Shown here: positions 28,572-39,036 of the stretch, in pieces
Layout: the number at the start of each line of letters is the position of its first letter
Position numbering within the stretch: position 1 is the first letter of the stretch
Virus record (IMG/VR): IMGVR_UViG_3300037852_000415
Span: 13,345-77,344 of that record
Reading direction: 5' to 3' (one strand)
DNA: 64,000 nt
Origin: a virus
Notes under the pieces: generated by a model
What the model was told of the DNA's origin: nothing
What the model saw: the letters and a program-made list of their open reading frames with translations, nothing else
The model's database searches: none
Made by a program: the position numbers and the translations under genes

Positions 28572-28979
28572 ATGAGTAACGGTTACAGCATGCTGCCCGG
28601 CGGCTTCCAGCCCCCCGGTAGGCTCGACAAGCTCCGCAAAGAAGTCGAAGACGCCGAACGCGCCAGCGCCCCCAAGCGCGCGCTCTTGGCTGGGCGCCTC
28701 ATCAAGCCGCCCCGCAAGTGCTTCTGGGGACTGAAGCTAGTCAAGCACTCGGACAGCGGCGTCGGCATCGTCACGAGTACGTGGCTCACGTACTCCGCCG
28801 GGGGGCTCCAGCGGTTCTACACCGTCGAGGCGGCGCAGAATCAAGCCGATACGATTCACGCATCGCTAGGTGGCGGCACCGGCAAGCGCATGTGGATGCC
28901 TGTCAGGATCGGCTTCTTCGCGGCGTGGTACGACACGCTCGCAAGCGCTTTGAGACGTCTCGCCTGGTGGAGGAAGTAA
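28572..28979 (+). CDS. hypothetical protein
   Basis: Operon context. Confidence 0.5.
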   Translation: MSNGYSMLPGGFQPPGRLDKLRKEVEDAERASAPKRALLAGRLIKPPRKCFWGLKLVKHSDSGVGIVTSTWLTYSAGGLQRFYTVEAAQNQADTIHASLGGGTGKRMWMPVRIGFFAAWYDTLASALRRLAWWRK

Positions 28980-29185
28980 GTCATGTGCATCAGCCTGTGC
29001 AAAGACGTCGAGGCTAGCATCGACGGTATCATCGCGAAGCTGCCTACTAGAGATGCGCGCCTGGCGTGCCTCGAGCGCCTTTATCGTGACTTGGAGCACG
29101 CGAAGGCGTCGCTTCCGCACATGCTCGCGGAGCACGTCTTCATCATGGAGAACGCCGAAGCGTTGAAGAAGAAAGACATGAGTCG

Positions 29186-29896
29186 ATGACGACGACGCGC
29201 GTGCAGGTGCTAGATTCGGGGTACGTCGAGATTGTTGAATCGTGGGGTTCCGATGAGCGCATCATCGAAGCGGCTCGCCAATCGGTAGGTGGCGGCTTCG
29301 TTAGCTGGGATGCGTACGAGGGCCGCCCCAAAGGTGACGCTGGGCTGCTCCGCTATCTCTACGAGCACAAACACTCTACACCCTTCGAGATGGCTGGCGC
29401 CGTCTTCGAGGTGAAGGCCCCCATCTTCGTCTTTAGGGAATGGCACAGACACCGCACTCAGAGCTACTCCGAGGCGAGTGCGCGTTACGCGCCGCTACCC
29501 GATGAGAACTACGTTCCCTCCATCGGGCGCTTGATGCTGTCGTCGAATACGAACGGCCAGGCCGGCAGCGCTAAAGGCGCCGATGAGTTGACGCGCGATA
29601 GCGCCGAGGCGTTTCAGAACGCGCTCAAAGCTACCTACGCTGCCGCCGAGGGTGTCTACCAGCTCGCCCTGAAGCGTGGGGTGTCGAAGGAGCTTGCGCG
29701 TCTCGTACTTCCCGTCGGGCGCTATTCGCGGATGCGCGCCAGCGCGAATCTGCGCAACTGGCTCGGGTTTTTGACTCTGAGACTTGACTCCAACGCGCAA
29801 TTCGAGATTCGCCAATATGCCCATGCGGTAGACGCGATGCTCTGTCGGTGCTTTCCGCGTACGATGCAGCTGTTTGCCAAGGGGGCGAAAGCATGA
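29186..29896 (+). CDS. thyX: flavin-dependent thymidylate synthase
   Basis: HSTPFE, RHRTQSYSEASARY, LRL..NAQFEIR. Confidence 0.95.
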   Translation: MTTTRVQVLDSGYVEIVESWGSDERIIEAARQSVGGGFVSWDAYEGRPKGDAGLLRYLYEHKHSTPFEMAGAVFEVKAPIFVFREWHRHRTQSYSEASARYAPLPDENYVPSIGRLMLSSNTNGQAGSAKGADELTRDSAEAFQNALKATYAAAEGVYQLALKRGVSKELARLVLPVGRYSRMRASANLRNWLGFLTLRLDSNAQFEIRQYAHAVDAMLCRCFPRTMQLFAKGAKA

Positions 29897-30270
29897 GTGA
29901 CGTCAAACGCGTACCCGTCGACTTCCGCTACGACGCCATCAACCCCGACTTTTTGAAGAGGCTGGCGCGCATCGGCCACTACGCCGCCGAGAAGTACGGC
30001 TCTTGGGAGCAATACACCCCTGCGCGGCTCACGGGCGAGAAGTCGTGCATCAATCATGTCTACGAGCACCTTCGGCAGTACCAGCTCGGCGAACCGCACG
30101 ACAAGTTCGGTGACGTGCGTATGCACCTGGTAGCCGCAGCCTACAATCTGATGATGGAGCACTTCTACTGCTCCAAATTCGGGCACGTGAAGCATCCGCT
30201 CCACGTAGAGGAGAAGGTCGATGGCGAAAAAGCAAGCAAAGAGCGCGGCGGAGAAACTGCAGCTAAGTGA
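29893..30270 (+). CDS. DUF5664 dATP/dGTP diphosphohydrolase-like protein
   Basis: RYD.I....L..LA....Y.AEKYG, HL.AAA.NLM. Confidence 0.7.
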   Translation: MSDVKRVPVDFRYDAINPDFLKRLARIGHYAAEKYGSWEQYTPARLTGEKSCINHVYEHLRQYQLGEPHDKFGDVRMHLVAAAYNLMMEHFYCSKFGHVKHPLHVEEKVDGEKASKERGGETAAK

Positions 30271-30677
30271 CGACGCCGTCGCCATCTGCGGCACCGGCGC
30301 CGCCAGTTTTATGCAGATGGTCGCTTTGATGACGCCGAAGCAACGGCAACTCGTCGTGAGCGGCCTGCGTGCGCTGGCGGATGACGTCGAGTTTTTGGGC
30401 GAAGACACACGATGACGCCGCCTCGTAAGCCGTGGTACTGGCTACTGTCTAAGCGATGGCGAGATTACGCCGCGATGGAACGCACCGCCTTGCCTGACGG
30501 CACGCGTGTGCGCCTGGTGTGTAACTGCCAGGGCTTCTCCACTCACGAAGGCGTGTGGGTTACGAGCTGGACGCCGCGAAGGATGGGCGACATCGACGGG
30601 CCCAACGACTACCGTCTGACGCGCGAGGGCGACGGGGATACCACCTACGCCACTCGCGGCGCGTTGGAGGTAGTGCG

Positions 30678-31409
30678 GTGAACGCGCCGCGCTACGGCGA
30701 GGAAGTCAACTACGAGCTCGCCGCGATGCTCTCTCGTGAGCCCCCCACGAATGCGGTGCTCGACGTCGGTTGCGGCGCCGGCCAGAATGGTGCCATCGCC
30801 GCCGCCAACGGCGCTTTCGTCATCGGGCTCGAGAATTGGCATCCGTCGGCAGTCATCGCGCGCAAGCGTCTCGCGAAGGTGCTCGAAGTCGACATCGAAG
30901 ATGATGTTAGCTTCGCTAATGTGTACCTTCTCGGCTACGACACCATCATCTTCGGCGACGTCTTGGAACATGTGAGAGAGCCTCTCGAGGTGCTGCGGCG
31001 ATTCTTGCCGTGGATGAAGCCCGGCGGCCGGGTGTTGGTATCGCTCCCCAACGTCGCCGCGTGGCCCGTACGCTTCGCATTGCTGTTCGGCAGCTTCGAG
31101 TACGCCTCGAAGGGGATACTGGATTCAACCCACCTGCGCTTCTTCACGCGCGCTTCGGCAATTCGGTTGGTGCGCACAGCGGGCTTGCGCGTAGTGCGGG
31201 TGCGCAGCAATCCGCTAGTGCTGCGCCCGGTGCTCGAGGCGCTGCGGCGGATTCTCGACGGCGCCGACTCTAGTTGGCACCGGCGGCTCGATAAGTGGCT
31301 CTACAAGAACTACCTGCGCTTCGTGCGGCCTGTAGAGGGAGCGCTCGTGGAGCTCACTTGGCCCGAGCTGCTGTCGTTTCAGACCGTCATCGAAGCGGAA
31401 TTGCCCTAG
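30678..31409 (+). CDS. class I SAM methyltransferase (glycan-associated type)
   Basis: VLDVGCGAG, DVLEHV.EP, GILDSTHLRFFT. Confidence 0.85.
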   Translation: MNAPRYGEEVNYELAAMLSREPPTNAVLDVGCGAGQNGAIAAANGAFVIGLENWHPSAVIARKRLAKVLEVDIEDDVSFANVYLLGYDTIIFGDVLEHVREPLEVLRRFLPWMKPGGRVLVSLPNVAAWPVRFALLFGSFEYASKGILDSTHLRFFTRASAIRLVRTAGLRVVRVRSNPLVLRPVLEALRRILDGADSSWHRRLDKWLYKNYLRFVRPVEGALVELTWPELLSFQTVIEAELP

Positions 31410-31442
31410 CACGGCTGTAGGCTGAGGTGCTAGACTCTCGGC

Positions 31443-32447
31443 ATGGCTCGAGTACCTGTGGTCTACGAGGTTCCGGCTCAAGAGTGCCCGGCGGGCGGCG
31501 GCTGCCCGCATAGCCACCCCTCGAGTGTGCCGACGCTCCCGTGCCCTACGTGCGGCGCCGAGGACTACGTACCTAAGGGTCCCGACGGTAAGCCCGTGGG
31601 CAATAAGACGCCTTCCTACTACGACGCCAAGCGCGAGGCGCAGAAGCACAACGGCTACGTCGAGTACGTCGACGAGAAGCGCGGCGCCGAGGCGCTACGG
31701 CGCAAGACGGTTCGCCTCAAGTGGCATCGTGATAAGAGTGACGGGCTCTATGCGGTAGGCGCCCTCGGGCGCTACAGCATCCACCGCCCCGAGCGCGTCA
31801 AGAGGAGTGCCGGCGTCTATCGGTGGGTGATTACGCTCGGTGGCTCGATGTTGCCGAAGAGCTTCGACGAGATCGCCAAGGCGAAGGCGTATGCCCAGCG
31901 CTACGACATGAAGGCGCCTTCGGTGCCGCAAGCGCCTGACTTGCCGGCGCCCTACGCGATGCCGCGCCCCCCCGACTTGCCCGGCTGCGCCCCTTTCACG
32001 ACCACCACGCGCGACGAGGCGAAGTTCTCGGCGTGCATGGCGCTCGCGCAGCAGATCGGGCCTATTACGACGCCGACGGCTGTCTACAAGCTCCTGAAAG
32101 ACTACTGCGTTCGACAGGACCAGGAGGTGTTCCTAGTCGTCAGCCTCGACCTGCACGGCCACTTACGCGGTATAGACGAGGTCGCCAAAGGACAGCGAGA
32201 CCGCGTAAGCGTAGGCGTAGCGGATGTTATCCGTGCCGCACTCGATCGGGGCGCGAAGGGATTCATCGTTTGCCATACACACCCAAGCGGGAAAGCGCGT
32301 CCATCGCAAGCGGACAGAGACTTGACGAGGGCAATCATCAAAGCGCGTGCGCCATTCGGCAGTGATTGTGTGTTCGTAGACCACATAGTTCTAGGGCTGA
32401 ACGAGTTCGCCTCAATCAAGCGTCGCAAGCTCTTTAGGGCACGCTAA
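31443..32447 (+). CDS. JAB/MPN (RadC-like) domain protein with long N-terminal extension
   Basis: QEVF....LD, HTHPSG...PS.AD..LT, DHIV. Confidence 0.85.
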   Translation: MARVPVVYEVPAQECPAGGGCPHSHPSSVPTLPCPTCGAEDYVPKGPDGKPVGNKTPSYYDAKREAQKHNGYVEYVDEKRGAEALRRKTVRLKWHRDKSDGLYAVGALGRYSIHRPERVKRSAGVYRWVITLGGSMLPKSFDEIAKAKAYAQRYDMKAPSVPQAPDLPAPYAMPRPPDLPGCAPFTTTTRDEAKFSACMALAQQIGPITTPTAVYKLLKDYCVRQDQEVFLVVSLDLHGHLRGIDEVAKGQRDRVSVGVADVIRAALDRGAKGFIVCHTHPSGKARPSQADRDLTRAIIKARAPFGSDCVFVDHIVLGLNEFASIKRRKLFRAR

Positions 32448-32496
32448 AGTGCGAAGGGGGTTGCGCTAAAGGGCGTAGGTGACTACGCTCTCCCCC

Positions 32497-33120
32497 ATGA
32501 CCCAGCCCGCAGGCGAAGCGGCTGTCGCCCAGGTGGTGCCGACAGCCGAAATGCAGACCACTGCCCCCGTTACCGGCGTCGCCGCGACGCCCACGCCGTC
32601 GCACGTCGACATCAAGACATTGACCACGCAGGTGCGTGAGATGGCCGGTGTCGAGAACATGAACGACCTTCGCAAGTTGCTCCAGTTCAACTGGCTCACC
32701 CTAGAAGGTGAGAAGGTGTGGGCGTGGGGTAAGCCCGCTCCCCTCAACAAGCTCTACACCGTCATCGCGATGTTCATGATGGAGCGCGAGGTGCGCGTCT
32801 ACGCCGCGCCCACCGAAAAAGGGCCGTATCTGTGTTGGCGGCTCAACAAGGACGCCCCCTCCTACGGCGTCGAGGGCATGACGCTCGAAGTCTTCAAGCA
32901 GGAGCTCGCAGACGAGCTGACGAGCCTGGCCGAGGACATGGAGATTCGCGACATCGGCCGCGCCGAGGGGCTCGCCGACGCCGCCGATTACATCAAGACG
33001 CTAGTGGCTGCCGGAGGGTTGGATAAGGCGGGCAATCAGATGTCGCTTCAGCAGATTGCCGACGCCATCGAGAACGACGCTATCGACGGCGAAGGCGCCG
33101 ACGAAGAGGAAGGCGAGTAA
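32497..33120 (+). CDS. hypothetical acidic protein
   Basis: TTGCGC-17-TACGCT promoter 7 nt before ATG 32497. Confidence 0.65.
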   Translation: MTQPAGEAAVAQVVPTAEMQTTAPVTGVAATPTPSHVDIKTLTTQVREMAGVENMNDLRKLLQFNWLTLEGEKVWAWGKPAPLNKLYTVIAMFMMEREVRVYAAPTEKGPYLCWRLNKDAPSYGVEGMTLEVFKQELADELTSLAEDMEIRDIGRAEGLADAADYIKTLVAAGGLDKAGNQMSLQQIADAIENDAIDGEGADEEEGE

Positions 33121-33123
33121 GCG

Positions 33124-33918
33124 ATGTCTTCCCTCGTCGACCTGAAGTACAACATCTACCCCAAGGGCCCGCTGACGGCCGCGCAAATCGTCACTGCGTT
33201 GTCGTCCTTCGCGGTGACACCCTACCCCATCGACCTCTTCAACAAGGTGGGGCTGGTGCTCAATACCATCGCGACGTCGGGCACCAATCCGGTAGTGTTG
33301 GATTTACAGTTTTTCCTGCGCCCCAACCCCAACGGAGCCATGACAGCCGCTATCACCCAGGGCGGCAGCATCGACGCGCTCACAGGCCTAACGATTGGTA
33401 CCAAGGGCCACCCATGGGCCGAGCCGCCCATCATCAGTTTCAACCCCGGCTTGACGCCCCCGGCACGCGCGGCACAAGCTAGGGCTACCCTCGATGTTCT
33501 CGCTGCCAACATCGTCTTGCCGGGTACCGGCTACACCGCCCCGGTAGTCACCGCCGTCGGGGGCCTCGGGCCTGGCGGGGTGGCGGCTACATTCTCCGCT
33601 ACCGAAGCCGCGGGCGCCATCAACAACGTTACCGTGCTGACTAACGGCAGCGGCTACATCAGCCAACCGTTTCTGGTCGTCACCGACCCGACCGGCAAGG
33701 GCGCGCTCGTCACGCCATTTATGGAATTGAATGCTGTGTCTGTTGTCGACGGCGGCGGCGGCGGCTACGTCGCGGCACCGACAGTCGTACTGACGGCCGG
33801 ATTCCAGTACCGCTTCCCCAACAATCCCGCCGCCCCCTTCGTCAACATGCTGACGAACCTGCTCAAAGCGACTCTTGGGGCGCCGGTCACCGCGCAGATT
33901 CCTTCGTACACGCCGTAA
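33124..33918 (+). CDS. virion structural protein with GxGYxxxPxV repeats
   Basis: GTGYTAPVV, GSGYISQPFL, GGGYVAAPTV. Confidence 0.6.
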   Translation: MSSLVDLKYNIYPKGPLTAAQIVTALSSFAVTPYPIDLFNKVGLVLNTIATSGTNPVVLDLQFFLRPNPNGAMTAAITQGGSIDALTGLTIGTKGHPWAEPPIISFNPGLTPPARAAQARATLDVLAANIVLPGTGYTAPVVTAVGGLGPGGVAATFSATEAAGAINNVTVLTNGSGYISQPFLVVTDPTGKGALVTPFMELNAVSVVDGGGGGYVAAPTVVLTAGFQYRFPNNPAAPFVNMLTNLLKATLGAPVTAQIPSYTP

Positions 33919-33929
33919 CAAGGAGCATC

Positions 33930-35459
33930 ATGGCTACAGCAGAAAACGACGGCCTGGAGGCCTTCGAGGAGTCGAGTATCGAGGAAGAGACTGAAGAGGA
34001 AGAGGCTGGTGAAGAAGAGCCCGAAGAGGTGCCCGCCCCGCCCGCGCCTGTGCACCTCGCCAAGACTAAGACGCCCGGCGCGGCTGCCGATAAGAAGCGA
34101 AAGCCCCGCAACGACAAGGGCGGCACCCACGCTGCGCCCGGTGAGGGGTGGACCAATCGCGAGGCAGACCTCATGTGGCCCGAGATGCTTCAACGCATCG
34201 GGCGGCTCAATCCCCCGCGTACGCCGTACGACCTCAGCATCCAAGTGATTCGGTTGTCGCCATCAGCGGTGACGTTGCCGAACCAGATCGACGGCGCCTA
34301 CGTCGTCGGCGACAAGCGCCGTTCACCGGGTGACGCGCTCAGGGAAGCCGTCATCGACTACTACCACCTGCCCGCCAACTGCGGCCCCGAAGAGTACGAG
34401 CTACGTTTCGTATGGAAGCAGACCGGGCGCGTCTACGGCAGGGGGAAGCTCACTCTCCCCTCCTGCGAAGAGATCATCGGCTACAGGCAGGCTGCCGAGC
34501 GCATGCGGCGCCGCCCCAGACAGGCTCACGGAGGCATGGCGAATCCGGCGCTCGACGATGCGCCGTACGATGAATTCGAGCCGCCCCAGGCGCCGCGCAG
34601 GACCCCCGTAGGCTACGGCGCTGCGCCGCCGCAAGCGCCGGTGTTTGCGCCTGCGCCGTCGGCGTCGGCTGCGGACGCCTCTGGCGAGGTTGGCTACCTG
34701 CGACAGCAAGTAGGCTACTTGAGCGGGCAGCTGCAGCAGCTGATGGGTCTCATGGGCAAGCCTGGCTTCGGCGCCGCGCCGCCGTCGACGGCGCCAACCG
34801 GTGTCGCTGCAGCGCCGATGCCTGCGCCGCAAGCGCCGCCTGCCTCCTTAGAGGAGGCGATTGAGCGCGCCGCCGAGCGCATCCTAGCGCGCGCCGGCAT
34901 CAAGCCGGGTATGCCGGGTGTCGGCACCGCCGGTACGCCCCCGCCTACCCCCGCAAGTGCCACTAACGAGCTTCACGCCGGCATCAACGCCTTCCGCACC
35001 TTCGTCGGTTTGGGCAAAGAGCTCCGACATCTCGCGAAGGAATTGAACAACGACTTCGGCGAAGGCGCCGGGGGCGCCGACGAAGAGCCGCAGCAGCTCA
35101 TAGCGGAGCCCGTCGTCACTCCACCTAGCCCCGAGGATAAGCTCCCTTTCGAGGTGGTGCCCATTCCCGAGACAGACTTCCTCGGACACCCCGCAAAGTA
35201 CGCCATCGATAAGGAGACGGGCGGCTTCTCGAGGGAGGGCTTCTTCATGGCGAACCCCGGTCTCGCTGAAAAAGCCATCGAAGTTGGCGGCAAGCTTGTC
35301 GAGGCGCTTAGCCGTATCGGTAAGGGCGGGGCCCCCCAGCAAGCTGCGGCGGAAGTCGTGCGCGAGATTCCTAGGGGTGCAGTAGACGCAGGCGTCGCCG
35401 GCAACGGTGGCGGCAGTAACGATGGCGGTGAAGTGCCGGACGGTAACGGAGGACTCTAG
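33930..35459 (+). CDS. large hypothetical protein (acidic N-terminus, P/A-rich, GYGAAP/GFGAAP)
   Basis: AAGGAG RBS, 509 aa. Confidence 0.7.
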   Translation: MATAENDGLEAFEESSIEEETEEEEAGEEEPEEVPAPPAPVHLAKTKTPGAAADKKRKPRNDKGGTHAAPGEGWTNREADLMWPEMLQRIGRLNPPRTPYDLSIQVIRLSPSAVTLPNQIDGAYVVGDKRRSPGDALREAVIDYYHLPANCGPEEYELRFVWKQTGRVYGRGKLTLPSCEEIIGYRQAAERMRRRPRQAHGGMANPALDDAPYDEFEPPQAPRRTPVGYGAAPPQAPVFAPAPSASAADASGEVGYLRQQVGYLSGQLQQLMGLMGKPGFGAAPPSTAPTGVAAAPMPAPQAPPASLEEAIERAAERILARAGIKPGMPGVGTAGTPPPTPASATNELHAGINAFRTFVGLGKELRHLAKELNNDFGEGAGGADEEPQQLIAEPVVTPPSPEDKLPFEVVPIPETDFLGHPAKYAIDKETGGFSREGFFMANPGLAEKAIEVGGKLVEALSRIGKGGAPQQAAAEVVREIPRGAVDAGVAGNGGGSNDGGEVPDGNGGL

Positions 35460-35461
35460 TC

Positions 35462-35779
35462 ATGGCTAAGAAGCAAAAGTCGACGGCGTCGGAAGCTTTC
35501 AAGAACACCCCGAAGACGCGCGTCATGCGCCCCGGTAGAAAGCCGACGAAGTACTGGCTCGACATCGACGCCGCGCTTACCATCGACGACAATACGAGTT
35601 TCGCGTTCAAGTTCCACGGGCTCGCGCCGAAGTTCGGAGGCCTCAGGCCGGAGGAGCTGCCTACGCTCCTGCGCGACCTAGCCGCGCAGCTAGAGAGCCA
35701 AGTGTCCACGTTCGATCTTGGCGCTATGGCCGGCGAAGCGGCCGCAGCCAAGGCGACATCGAAGAAACAGCCGAACTAG
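35462..35779 (+). CDS. hypothetical protein
   Basis: GAGG upstream; follows the preceding gene closely. Confidence 0.55.
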   Translation: MAKKQKSTASEAFKNTPKTRVMRPGRKPTKYWLDIDAALTIDDNTSFAFKFHGLAPKFGGLRPEELPTLLRDLAAQLESQVSTFDLGAMAGEAAAAKATSKKQPN

Positions 35780-36912
35780 GGCGCGGCGCTGACGACGACC
35801 GTCATCATGAACACCAGGTTCACGACGTTATTGCCGGAGTTGTCCAAGCCGTAGCGCGAGAAGACCAACGTGCCCCTGCCGGGCGACGTAGCTTGGAACG
35901 TGATGACGCCTTGGTCGGCTGCTTGTGAGGCCGCCGACTCCTGCCCCGCCATCGTGGTGATGGGCATCTGGCCGCCGTCGAGGGCGGCCGCGCCCCACGT
36001 GTTGCCGCTTGCGTCGACCCACCCGGTGTACCAGGAGTTGCAGTACACCCCCGGCGTGCTCGTGCTGCCCGAGGCGAAGACACCGCCGCGTGAATCCTGC
36101 GAGTTTTGCGGCGCCTGGGGCACGCACATGGGCGTCGCCGTCGGGTCGTTGAAGATGAACGACACCACGTCCCCGACGTTCAGCGCGATGGGGTTACCGA
36201 TCTGCTTGCCGTAGGTCGATACCGACTGGTTGACCCCGTTCGGCCAGCTGACTGCGTAGCTCTTGGGCACGTAGGGGGGCGCCTGCTGAGCGCCGCCGCC
36301 GTGCGGGTTGAAGACGACGACGCCCCCGCCCCCGTTGCTGCCGGGCTTGATCGTGGCGCCGCCGGTGTTCTTCGCGCCCCCGCCTTGGTTGACGACGAAA
36401 CCGCCGCCGGTAAAGACGCCTGTGTTGGCGCCTTTCTGCGTAGCACCTGCTTGGTTGGACCCGCTACCGCCGCCCTGGTTGACGCCGCCGATAGCAGCGC
36501 TGACAGTTACCGTAGCGCTCAGCGACGGCACCCCCGAGACGGGCTGCCCCGTCGAGCTCGAGTAGAGCGTCGCGGCAATCATCGACGCGCCGACCTGCAG
36601 CCCCGTGAGGGTGAAGCTGTGGAGTGCCGGGCTTCCGACGCCGCCGCCCGTCGTGCCGACGTCGACGATGCTTACGACGGCGTTATTCTTCGCTTGCATC
36701 ACCCACGCACTGCCGAGCATCTCGGGAAGCGTCACGCGCACCGGCACCCCGATGACGAGTGGAATCGACGCGGGTAGAGACGCGCCGTTGTTGGCGGCGC
36801 CGCCCCCGCTTGTCGACGCTGCCGGCTTGTTACCGAGCAGTAGAAAACCGCCGACGCCAAGAATCGCCGCGGCGGCGCCGATGCCAACCCAAACCTTCGT
36901 CGACTCTTTCAT
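35776..36912 (-). CDS. N-terminally anchored membrane protein with two Ig-like domains and a Gly-rich linker
   Basis: MKESTK-TM; beta-rich domains. Confidence 0.7.
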   Translation of the reverse strand: MKESTKVWVGIGAAAAILGVGGFLLLGNKPAASTSGGGAANNGASLPASIPLVIGVPVRVTLPEMLGSAWVMQAKNNAVVSIVDVGTTGGGVGSPALHSFTLTGLQVGASMIAATLYSSSTGQPVSGVPSLSATVTVSAAIGGVNQGGGSGSNQAGATQKGANTGVFTGGGFVVNQGGGAKNTGGATIKPGSNGGGGVVVFNPHGGGAQQAPPYVPKSYAVSWPNGVNQSVSTYGKQIGNPIALNVGDVVSFIFNDPTATPMCVPQAPQNSQDSRGGVFASGSTSTPGVYCNSWYTGWVDASGNTWGAAALDGGQMPITTMAGQESAASQAADQGVITFQATSPGRGTLVFSRYGLDNSGNNVVNLVFMMTVVVSAAP

Positions 36913-37208
36913 CGTCTTTTCCTAGTTGCCAGCGTTGCCGCCGCCACCGGCGCTGCTGGCGCCGCTATTCGGGCCGCCGCCTTGGGAGCCTCCTGGGGCG
37001 ACACCGCTGGAGCCGCCCCCACTCGAGCCTCCGCCACCACCAGAGGGCGGTTGAGGCGGTGCCGGGGCAGTTGCGTTTGCTGCGCGGCGTTGGCGCTGTT
37101 CGCCCAGAGAGCCACGCCCACAATCGCGGCTACGGCCCCGACGCCGAGCAGGATCTTCGTGGACTTCTTCATCTTGCCGCCACGGCGGCTTCTGCTGCGG
37201 TGTCTCAT
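36909..37208 (-). CDS. small membrane protein with basic ends
   Basis: KILLGVGAVAAIVGVALWA; TAAGCT box 7 nt before ATG. Confidence 0.6.
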   Translation of the reverse strand: MRHRSRSRRGGKMKKSTKILLGVGAVAAIVGVALWANSANAAQQTQLPRHRLNRPLVVAEARVGAAPAVSPQEAPKAAARIAAPAAPVAAATLATRKRR

Positions 37209-37250
37209 AGGGGGTAGCTTACTCCAACGTCATACTGTAGGCTACAGCTT

Positions 37251-38375
37251 ATGCGCAGCGCGCGTGACGCAGAGCTGATGCTGATGCCCCACTTGCGGCG
37301 CGGCGTCGGGCAGCTTTCAGACTCGGCGCAGATTCAAAGCGTACTCGGAGGCATCCCAGGCGTCAGCCAAGGCCAAGTCAATCAAGCCATTACGACGTAC
37401 AACGGGCTAACTTCGGCGGCGACCGGGAGCATCCTCGGCATCCTCAATGGCGGCCCCATCAACGCCGCTACGCTTGGGCCGGTTGTGGCGTCTGGGATGG
37501 CTTTGTTAGGCGCTACGGCGCCCGAGATTGCTGCAGTGGCGATCGGCTTGTCGGTGCTCGGCGCTTTCGCCTCCTTGTTCGCCCCGGCGCCTCAGAACTG
37601 TAGTTGGCGTGTCGCCAACAAGTGTTTCAACGCCAACCGCCCTTCGGGCCCCGGCGACCCAGCGTGGATGACGTGGGGTCAATTCGCCCAGAACCCGCTC
37701 GACGTCGCGGCGGCGTTCCCTTGGTACTACGTGCAGGCGTGCGACCTCGGCGCCATCAACTCGACGCCTACGCCATCACCGCAGCTGCAGTTTCTGAAGA
37801 CGTACTACGCTGCGTGGCAAGCGAACGCCGAGTATCTCATCAACGGGTATCAGGCGATTGACGATTGCGCCCTCCTGACGATTGTGGCTAACGCGTGGAA
37901 CAACGGGCACGACGGGAGCTCTACGTATACATTCCAACCGACGCCCGCTTTCGGTCTTCAATCTGAGTGGGATTCGAGCTTCCCTGGCGGCATTCCCCGT
38001 GCGGTGCAGTGCCCCGGAGACCAAAACCTGCCCCCATTCGTTCCCGGCGCGCCGCCGACAGCTAGGAGCTACGTCGGCCTCTTGATGGATGGTGACATCA
38101 CCGCTACGCGATGCAGCGCCCAGGGGCTTCCCATCAACACGGGCGGGGCGTTCTTGACGAGCCACTTCATCCTGCCCCCCAAGGGCCCATCGGTGCCATC
38201 GACGACGTCAACAGGCGCGAAGGTTGCACTCGGAGGCGCCGCAGTCGTTGGCGCCGGGCTGTTGGGGATTGGCTTGTTGGCGCTTATCAAGGGGTGGGGC
38301 TTCGGTAAGGCAGTCGACTACGTGTGGGGTAAGACGGGCAAACCCGCCATCGCCTACGTCAAGAAACACGTCTAA
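37251..38375 (+). CDS. membrane virion protein (RRGVGQ leader, C-terminal TM)
   Basis: Hydrophobic segments, Cys-containing domain. Confidence 0.7.
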   Translation: MRSARDAELMLMPHLRRGVGQLSDSAQIQSVLGGIPGVSQGQVNQAITTYNGLTSAATGSILGILNGGPINAATLGPVVASGMALLGATAPEIAAVAIGLSVLGAFASLFAPAPQNCSWRVANKCFNANRPSGPGDPAWMTWGQFAQNPLDVAAAFPWYYVQACDLGAINSTPTPSPQLQFLKTYYAAWQANAEYLINGYQAIDDCALLTIVANAWNNGHDGSSTYTFQPTPAFGLQSEWDSSFPGGIPRAVQCPGDQNLPPFVPGAPPTARSYVGLLMDGDITATRCSAQGLPINTGGAFLTSHFILPPKGPSVPSTTSTGAKVALGGAAVVGAGLLGIGLLALIKGWGFGKAVDYVWGKTGKPAIAYVKKHV

Positions 38376-38381
38376 GGAGTT

Positions 38382-38717
38382 GTGATGAGATCTTCAGTCG
38401 CAGCCGGAATTGTCCAAGGCGTGATCGGCGCGGCGGTTGTGACCGCTAGTGGGGCGGCCGTAGGCGCAGCGACAGCGGCGCCGTGCGGCTCTCATCCCGG
38501 TGAGTTGCTAGGCGATCTGTTCTGCGGCGCCGCCGGGGGCGCGCGGCTAGGGGCCGGCTACGGGCTATTGGCCAGCGGTGCTGTCGGTATTGGAGTCGCG
38601 CTGCTCTCCTCTAGATACCGCGCCGCTGGGCTAACCATGGCGGGCATTACGGTGGCTTTGGCTATACCCGGCGTAATATCGCAGGCCCTCAAACCGCCGC
38701 CCCCAACGACGACGTAG
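38382..38717 (+). CDS. small multi-TM membrane protein
   Basis: AAGGAG RBS, G/A-rich hydrophobic helices. Confidence 0.6.
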   Translation: MMRSSVAAGIVQGVIGAAVVTASGAAVGAATAAPCGSHPGELLGDLFCGAAGGARLGAGYGLLASGAVGIGVALLSSRYRAAGLTMAGITVALAIPGVISQALKPPPPTTT

Positions 38718-38749
38718 AATGCGCGACGTGCTCGTTCGGTGGATGAGCC

Positions 38750-39034
38750 ATGCAGTCTGAACTCGTCGGTCTCCTTTCTGGCGTCCTTGGCGACTCTCTG
38801 GCAAGGCGGTTGTTCTCGCTGATCGCCGAGCGTGGAAAGATGCGGCTACGCGACCTTGCCGAGGAGACCTCAGACGAACCCGAACCTGACATTGCGGCTG
38901 CGAGGCGAAGGTTGGATCAGCTCACACGGGCGGGCTTGATCGAAGAGGCTCCGGCGTCGATTCCTGACTGGAGCGTCTACTACATCACCTCGCGCGGCCT
39001 GACTACCTTCCGGCAACTTGGGCTCACCGCATAA
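38750..39034 (+). CDS. winged-helix DNA-binding protein
   Basis: LRDLAE...RRLDQL.RAGLIE...YYITSRG. Confidence 0.7.
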   Translation: MQSELVGLLSGVLGDSLARRLFSLIAERGKMRLRDLAEETSDEPEPDIAAARRRLDQLTRAGLIEEAPASIPDWSVYYITSRGLTTFRQLGLTA

Positions 39035-39036
39035 CC

